Source: an uncultured virus (IMG/VR IMGVR_UViG_3300047546_001470)
Taxonomy: Duplodnaviria; Heunggongvirae; Uroviricota; Caudoviricetes
IMG/VR virus record: IMGVR_UViG_3300047546_001470
Strand: one strand, 5' to 3'
Length of the DNA stretch: 20,000 nucleotides
Shown: positions 16,423 to 20,000 of the stretch, piece by piece
Layout of the letters: every line of letters begins with the position of its first letter
How positions within the stretch are numbered: the first letter of the stretch is position 1
The notes under the pieces: model-generated
Told to the model about the DNA's origin: nothing
Database searches by the model: none
What the model saw: the letters and a program-made list of their open reading frames with translations, nothing else
Program-made: the position numbers and the translations under genes

Positions 16423-16860
16423 ATGGAATACCTTATTGGTTTTTTTTCAGCATTTTTATTGATGTATTGTATTTTTAAAATACAAAGTAAAAATAATATT
16501 TTTCAAGAGCCTAAAATTAAACCATTAAAATATAGTCAAAGCCATATTCATTCTATAGTTTTTCCACTATTGCCTAAAAATAAATTTGGCAAAAGAAAGA
16601 AAAAAAGCCAGGCTGTTTTACACGAATCAAAAACTTCTATAAAAGTTATTATTATGGAAAATAGTGCATACTGGATTAAAGATAATGTTTTTTACATGGC
16701 AGATATGAGTATTGATGGCATGGTTGATAAAGATACCACTAGAAGAGTTGACACAATGGCCATGAGTAGGGTACAATTAGATAAAATGATGTTCATCATC
16801 GATAGGTTACGAGAGGAGAATTATAATGATAGTAGTGGTCCAGGGGACCAACAACTTTAA
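16423..16860 (+). CDS. Hypothetical protein with N-terminal membrane anchor
   Basis: MEYLIGFFSAFLLMYCIF. TATAAT at 16408-16413 just upstream, no SD. Confidence 0.75.
   Translation: MEYLIGFFSAFLLMYCIFKIQSKNNIFQEPKIKPLKYSQSHIHSIVFPLLPKNKFGKRKKKSQAVLHESKTSIKVIIMENSAYWIKDNVFYMADMSIDGMVDKDTTRRVDTMAMSRVQLDKMMFIIDRLREENYNDSSGPGDQQL
16748..16777 (+). promoter_or_regulatory. Sigma70/SigA-type promoter inside coding sequence
   Basis: TTGACA (16748-16753), 18 nt, TACAAT (16772-16777). Upstream of GAGGAG SD and ATG 16826. Confidence 0.65.
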
Positions 16861-17176
16861 TGACTATCAGGTTTTTTTACGTGCCATTGGTGTTGCCCTA
16901 TCAAGTCTTCCTAAAGAAGACAAACAATTAGAAATCTTTAGTGTTGGTCCAGCCAGAACAAACACTATGGCCATGGAGTTTGTAAATGTTTCAGAAAGAA
17001 GCATGAAATCACGTGGCATTAAATTAAAACTAAGATACGTACCACCTTCATGGGTTATTGAAAATATGAACTCAATTAATTATTTTGCCTATTTATCGAC
17101 TCCAAATGAGCCTAAAGGCAACATAGTTAAAGAGGCAGAAAACAATAATATTGAAGTGGGAATTTTTAAATACTGA
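16826..17176 (+). CDS. Hypothetical protein, possibly SLOG/YspA-like
   Basis: MIVVVQGTNNFNDYQVFLRAI resembles the 'vivaGsR.f.Dy' start of SLOG proteins. Ends AENNNIEVGIFKY. Confidence 0.6.
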   Translation: MIVVVQGTNNFNDYQVFLRAIGVALSSLPKEDKQLEIFSVGPARTNTMAMEFVNVSERSMKSRGIKLKLRYVPPSWVIENMNSINYFAYLSTPNEPKGNIVKEAENNNIEVGIFKY

Positions 17177-17183
17177 GGAAAAA

Positions 17184-17408
17184 ATGTATATTCAATCATT
17201 AGAAAAAATGGAACAAGTAGTTAATTCAAATAAGAGTCTTTTTTGGTCAGGATGGGATGTTGTTAATGCATATCCATCTGATAAGGCCAGAACATCTAAG
17301 TATGGTAAGTTTATTAATGGTAGATGGCATATGACAAAAATCTTTAAACCAGGTCCTAATGGCTGGGATATACCAGACAGGATCTTGGCGGATGGTAATA
17401 AGTCTTAA
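17184..17408 (+). CDS. Hypothetical phage protein
   Basis: GAGG SD before ATG 17184. LFWSGWDVV...GKFINGRW...GPNGWDIP. Confidence 0.75.
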   Translation: MYIQSLEKMEQVVNSNKSLFWSGWDVVNAYPSDKARTSKYGKFINGRWHMTKIFKPGPNGWDIPDRILADGNKS

Positions 17409-17451
17409 TATTAAAACAACAACATCTAATTCTGTATCGTGGGTGAATTAG

Positions 17452-17736
17452 ATGCATAAACTTAAATGGAAAGACGAAGGCTCTTGTTTAGATTATGATA
17501 CTAATTTATTTTTTGATAAATATGAAGAGTCTGAAAATTTTAGATCAGCGATAGATAAGTTATGTTCAGAATGCCCTGTAATGAAAACATGCTTTTCTGT
17601 AGGCGTTTCTCAAAAAGAATGGGGTGTTTGGGGTGGAGTATATTTAGAAAGTGGAGAAGTTTCTAAAGAATTTAATTCACACAGATCTCAAGAAGACTGG
17701 AACGAAGTTTGGATTGGACTAACAAATGAAAGGTAG
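17452..17736 (+). CDS. whiB: WhiB-family Fe-S transcription factor
   Basis: WKDEGSC...NLFF...LCSECPVMKTC...EWGVWGG: four Cys plus the G(V/I)WGG turn. Confidence 0.92.
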   Translation: MHKLKWKDEGSCLDYDTNLFFDKYEESENFRSAIDKLCSECPVMKTCFSVGVSQKEWGVWGGVYLESGEVSKEFNSHRSQEDWNEVWIGLTNER

Positions 17737-17741
17737 CAAAA

Positions 17742-18668
17742 ATGTTTGTTTATGGTGACTACGGCAATCCTAATGTTTTACGTGGCAGATATAATGTTAC
17801 TATCCCAAAAGAAGGAACTGTTTGGCCTGTTTTAACAAAGGTAGAAGAGAAAGATGCTCTTGGAAGATTTATAGACAAGCAAGAAGTTCATTTGGTTATG
17901 TGGCAAAAAAACTTTTTGCATGCTTTTTGTAATATGGTTCAATACATACTTTATTACTTTAATTTAAATAAAGATGCACATTTTATTTTGATGTTTGGAT
18001 TAGATTTTCATGAAGGCGATTTAGAGATAACTCATGGTAAATTTATTTTAGAAATGTTAAATAACAAAGGAGTAAAATATGAAATAGTAAAATTAAAAGA
18101 AGAAGAGATTAATGTAAACGATGCATATTATATGAAGGTAATTCCATTTTCTTCATATGTATTTTCAGAAGTATATGACTATTGCAGTTCTTTTATAGAC
18201 AGAAACAATACTCCAGAAAAAATAGTATATTTAGCAAGATCAAAAGTTACACCTAAGTCTGTTGTCAGTATTTCAAATGGTAGAGATGAGGACACACTTA
18301 GAATAAAAAGTGATTTAAGAATTGATGACGAAGATGTTTTAATAAACTATTTTAAAGGTCGTGGGTTTGAAATTGTATATCCAGAAAATTTTAAAACTTT
18401 TGAAGAACAGGCTATATTTTTTAATAATGTAAAGACTATGATCTGCCCTTCTGGATCTGGGATGGCAAATCTAATGTTTATGCAACCAGGCCAGACGGTT
18501 GTAGAGTTGCAGACACCAGTTCTAATTGGTGGCAATCAGCAGGTACACCCATTCTATGTAGCATTCTCTTGGGCAAAAAAACATACATATATTGCAATAC
18601 CCCATGAAAGAAAATCTGATATAATAATAGAGTATTTTAATAATAAAGGATTTTTAAATTATTTATGA
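17742..18668 (+). CDS. Glycosyltransferase family 61 (DUF563)-like, paralog 1
   Basis: NFLH, IVYLAR, LRIDDE, GFEIVYPE, FEEQAIFFNNVKTMICPSGSGMANLMFMQPGQTVVEL. Confidence 0.85.
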   Translation: MFVYGDYGNPNVLRGRYNVTIPKEGTVWPVLTKVEEKDALGRFIDKQEVHLVMWQKNFLHAFCNMVQYILYYFNLNKDAHFILMFGLDFHEGDLEITHGKFILEMLNNKGVKYEIVKLKEEEINVNDAYYMKVIPFSSYVFSEVYDYCSSFIDRNNTPEKIVYLARSKVTPKSVVSISNGRDEDTLRIKSDLRIDDEDVLINYFKGRGFEIVYPENFKTFEEQAIFFNNVKTMICPSGSGMANLMFMQPGQTVVELQTPVLIGGNQQVHPFYVAFSWAKKHTYIAIPHERKSDIIIEYFNNKGFLNYL

Positions 18669-19630
18669 TAAGGCAAAGTCCAGTAGATACTGTACATTAT
18701 CCAGGAATATATACTATAGAGGATGACTTTAATGCAGGTAAGCCTATAATAACAGAGATTTCAAAAGAAGATTGGAATAATAAAGATTTTCGTTTAGAAA
18801 AAATACAATATGCTGATAATTTTTTTGAAGAAACAAAATTTAAAAAAATAGTAGTTAGATTTGAAACAAATTTTTTTCATAGTCTATTAAACACTCTAGC
18901 ACCAATATTATGGGAGTATAAAAAAGATCCTGACATAGAGGTTATACTATTACATCCAAGCAAAGAACTTTCTGCCTTCCACTCAACTGGAAGTTTTGTT
19001 GTTCAAGTATTAAGAAATTATAATATTAAGTTTTCTGTAACACAAATACATTCAAAATATCCACCTATTTTTTCAAATTTTTATTATTATGAAAATATAG
19101 AAATGTGTGGAGAATACATAAATATTTTAGAAGATCTTATAAGTAAATATAGAAATAAATCTTTGCCCAATAATAAAAAAGTATATATATCTAGAGGATC
19201 AAAACAAAATTTATCTGTAACACAACTACATCAAATGACAAAAGAAGAAATAGAAAAATTACCTTATCAGGATGATTTAAGAATAGATGACGAAATTAGT
19301 GTAGAAAATTTATTTAAAAAGCATGGATTTGAGATAGTTGATACTGACATATTTAAAACTGTTGAAGATCAAATAAGATTTTTTGATCAGGTACAGGTCG
19401 TTGCTGGACTGTCTGGATCTGGCTTAACTAATTTATTATTTATGAGAGATAAAACCACAGTTATAGAGTTGAGCACCATTCAAATAGTTAGACAAAGAGC
19501 AGAATTTCATTATCATTTTTTCTTAATAGCAACTCTTTGGGCTAATAAAAAATATATATCCATTCCTAATATTTCTAGAGAATATGGTAAAATAGAATAC
19601 GATCTAGAAAAAATGTTAGGCCTATTATGA
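18665..19630 (+). CDS. Glycosyltransferase family 61 (DUF563)-like, paralog 2
   Basis: NFFH, KVYISR, LRIDDE, GFEIV, EDQIRFFDQVQVVAGLSGSGLTNLLFMRDKTTVIEL. Confidence 0.85.
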   Translation: MIRQSPVDTVHYPGIYTIEDDFNAGKPIITEISKEDWNNKDFRLEKIQYADNFFEETKFKKIVVRFETNFFHSLLNTLAPILWEYKKDPDIEVILLHPSKELSAFHSTGSFVVQVLRNYNIKFSVTQIHSKYPPIFSNFYYYENIEMCGEYINILEDLISKYRNKSLPNNKKVYISRGSKQNLSVTQLHQMTKEEIEKLPYQDDLRIDDEISVENLFKKHGFEIVDTDIFKTVEDQIRFFDQVQVVAGLSGSGLTNLLFMRDKTTVIELSTIQIVRQRAEFHYHFFLIATLWANKKYISIPNISREYGKIEYDLEKMLGLL

Positions 19631-20000
19631 CAAATATATTAATTCCTATAGCAGGTCTCGGCAGTAGATTTCCTATAGAAACTTATAAAACAACAAAGCC
19701 ACTTATTAAAATAAATGGTAAAACAATGATAGAACATGCAATTGAATCTCTGTCAATAAATGGCAATTATCATTTTGTTATAAGAGATAGTATATTTTTT
19801 GACGAACTATATTCTGTATTAAAAAACATAGACAGTTCATGCAATATTATAAAAATAGATAAATTAACTAATGGACCAGCAGAGACATGCCTTATTGCTA
19901 AAGATTATATAAATAACGATGACGAACTAGTTATTGCTAACTCAGATCAAATAATGTGGTGGGACTCTGATTTATTTTTACAGGTAGCACGTAATTCTAA
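19627..20000 (+). CDS. Sugar-phosphate nucleotidyltransferase (NTP_transferase family), 3' truncated; absent from ORF track
   Basis: MTNILIPIAGLGSRFPIETYKTTKPLIKINGKTMIEHAIESL...TNGPAETCLIAKDYINNDDELVIANSDQ. ATGA overlap with the upstream gene. Confidence 0.9.
   Translation, partial: MTNILIPIAGLGSRFPIETYKTTKPLIKINGKTMIEHAIESLSINGNYHFVIRDSIFFDELYSVLKNIDSSCNIIKIDKLTNGPAETCLIAKDYINNDDELVIANSDQIMWWDSDLFLQVARNS

Noticed and set aside
6260..19030. Additional bare TATAAT hexamers in mid-gene positions
   Set aside because: Expected by chance in AT-rich coding DNA; no -35 or TGn and not near starts.
1..20000. CRISPR array, tRNA, intron/intein, integrase or transposase
   Set aside because: Intergenic gaps are all short (about 100 nt or less). 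No repeat-spacer pattern, cloverleaf or recombinase motifs were seen, and known enzymes are uninterrupted.
1..20000. Stop-codon reassignment
   Set aside because: TAA, TAG and TGA all terminate full-length recognisable genes, and coding density is high under the standard code.

Overview
AT-rich, gene-dense, single-strand (+) segment of a tailed dsDNA bacteriophage genome. The host is most likely actinobacterial, probably freshwater Nanopelagicales/acI-type; this is inferred from whiB, an FmdB zinc ribbon, an actinobacterial RCDRCGAQAY protein and host-like secreted proteins. Gene order: 3' end of terminase large subunit; a stand-alone, strongly codon-biased secreted Ala/Thr-rich protein with its own promoter and terminator; a Pro-rich surface protein that seems to start at a non-canonical ATT; a probable lysis cassette (small membrane proteins, lipoprotein, CHAP endolysin); an HslV/proteasome-beta-like peptidase; a secreted HExxH metalloprotease; an AT-rich modification island (three dUTPase-fold/DUF6065-like paralogs, GT2-like, two 2OG-Fe(II) oxygenases, SGNH-like, carbamoyltransferase, RsmI-like methyltransferase); small genes including a degenerate APS-kinase/nucleotidyltransferase-like fusion and a thermonuclease; whiB; two GT61 glycosyltransferases; and a truncated sugar nucleotidyltransferase. 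Many sigma70/SigA-type promoters lie inside the 3' ends of upstream genes, and some genes look leaderless. No tRNA, rRNA, CRISPR or integrase was seen. All family calls come from motif recognition by eye, not database searches.
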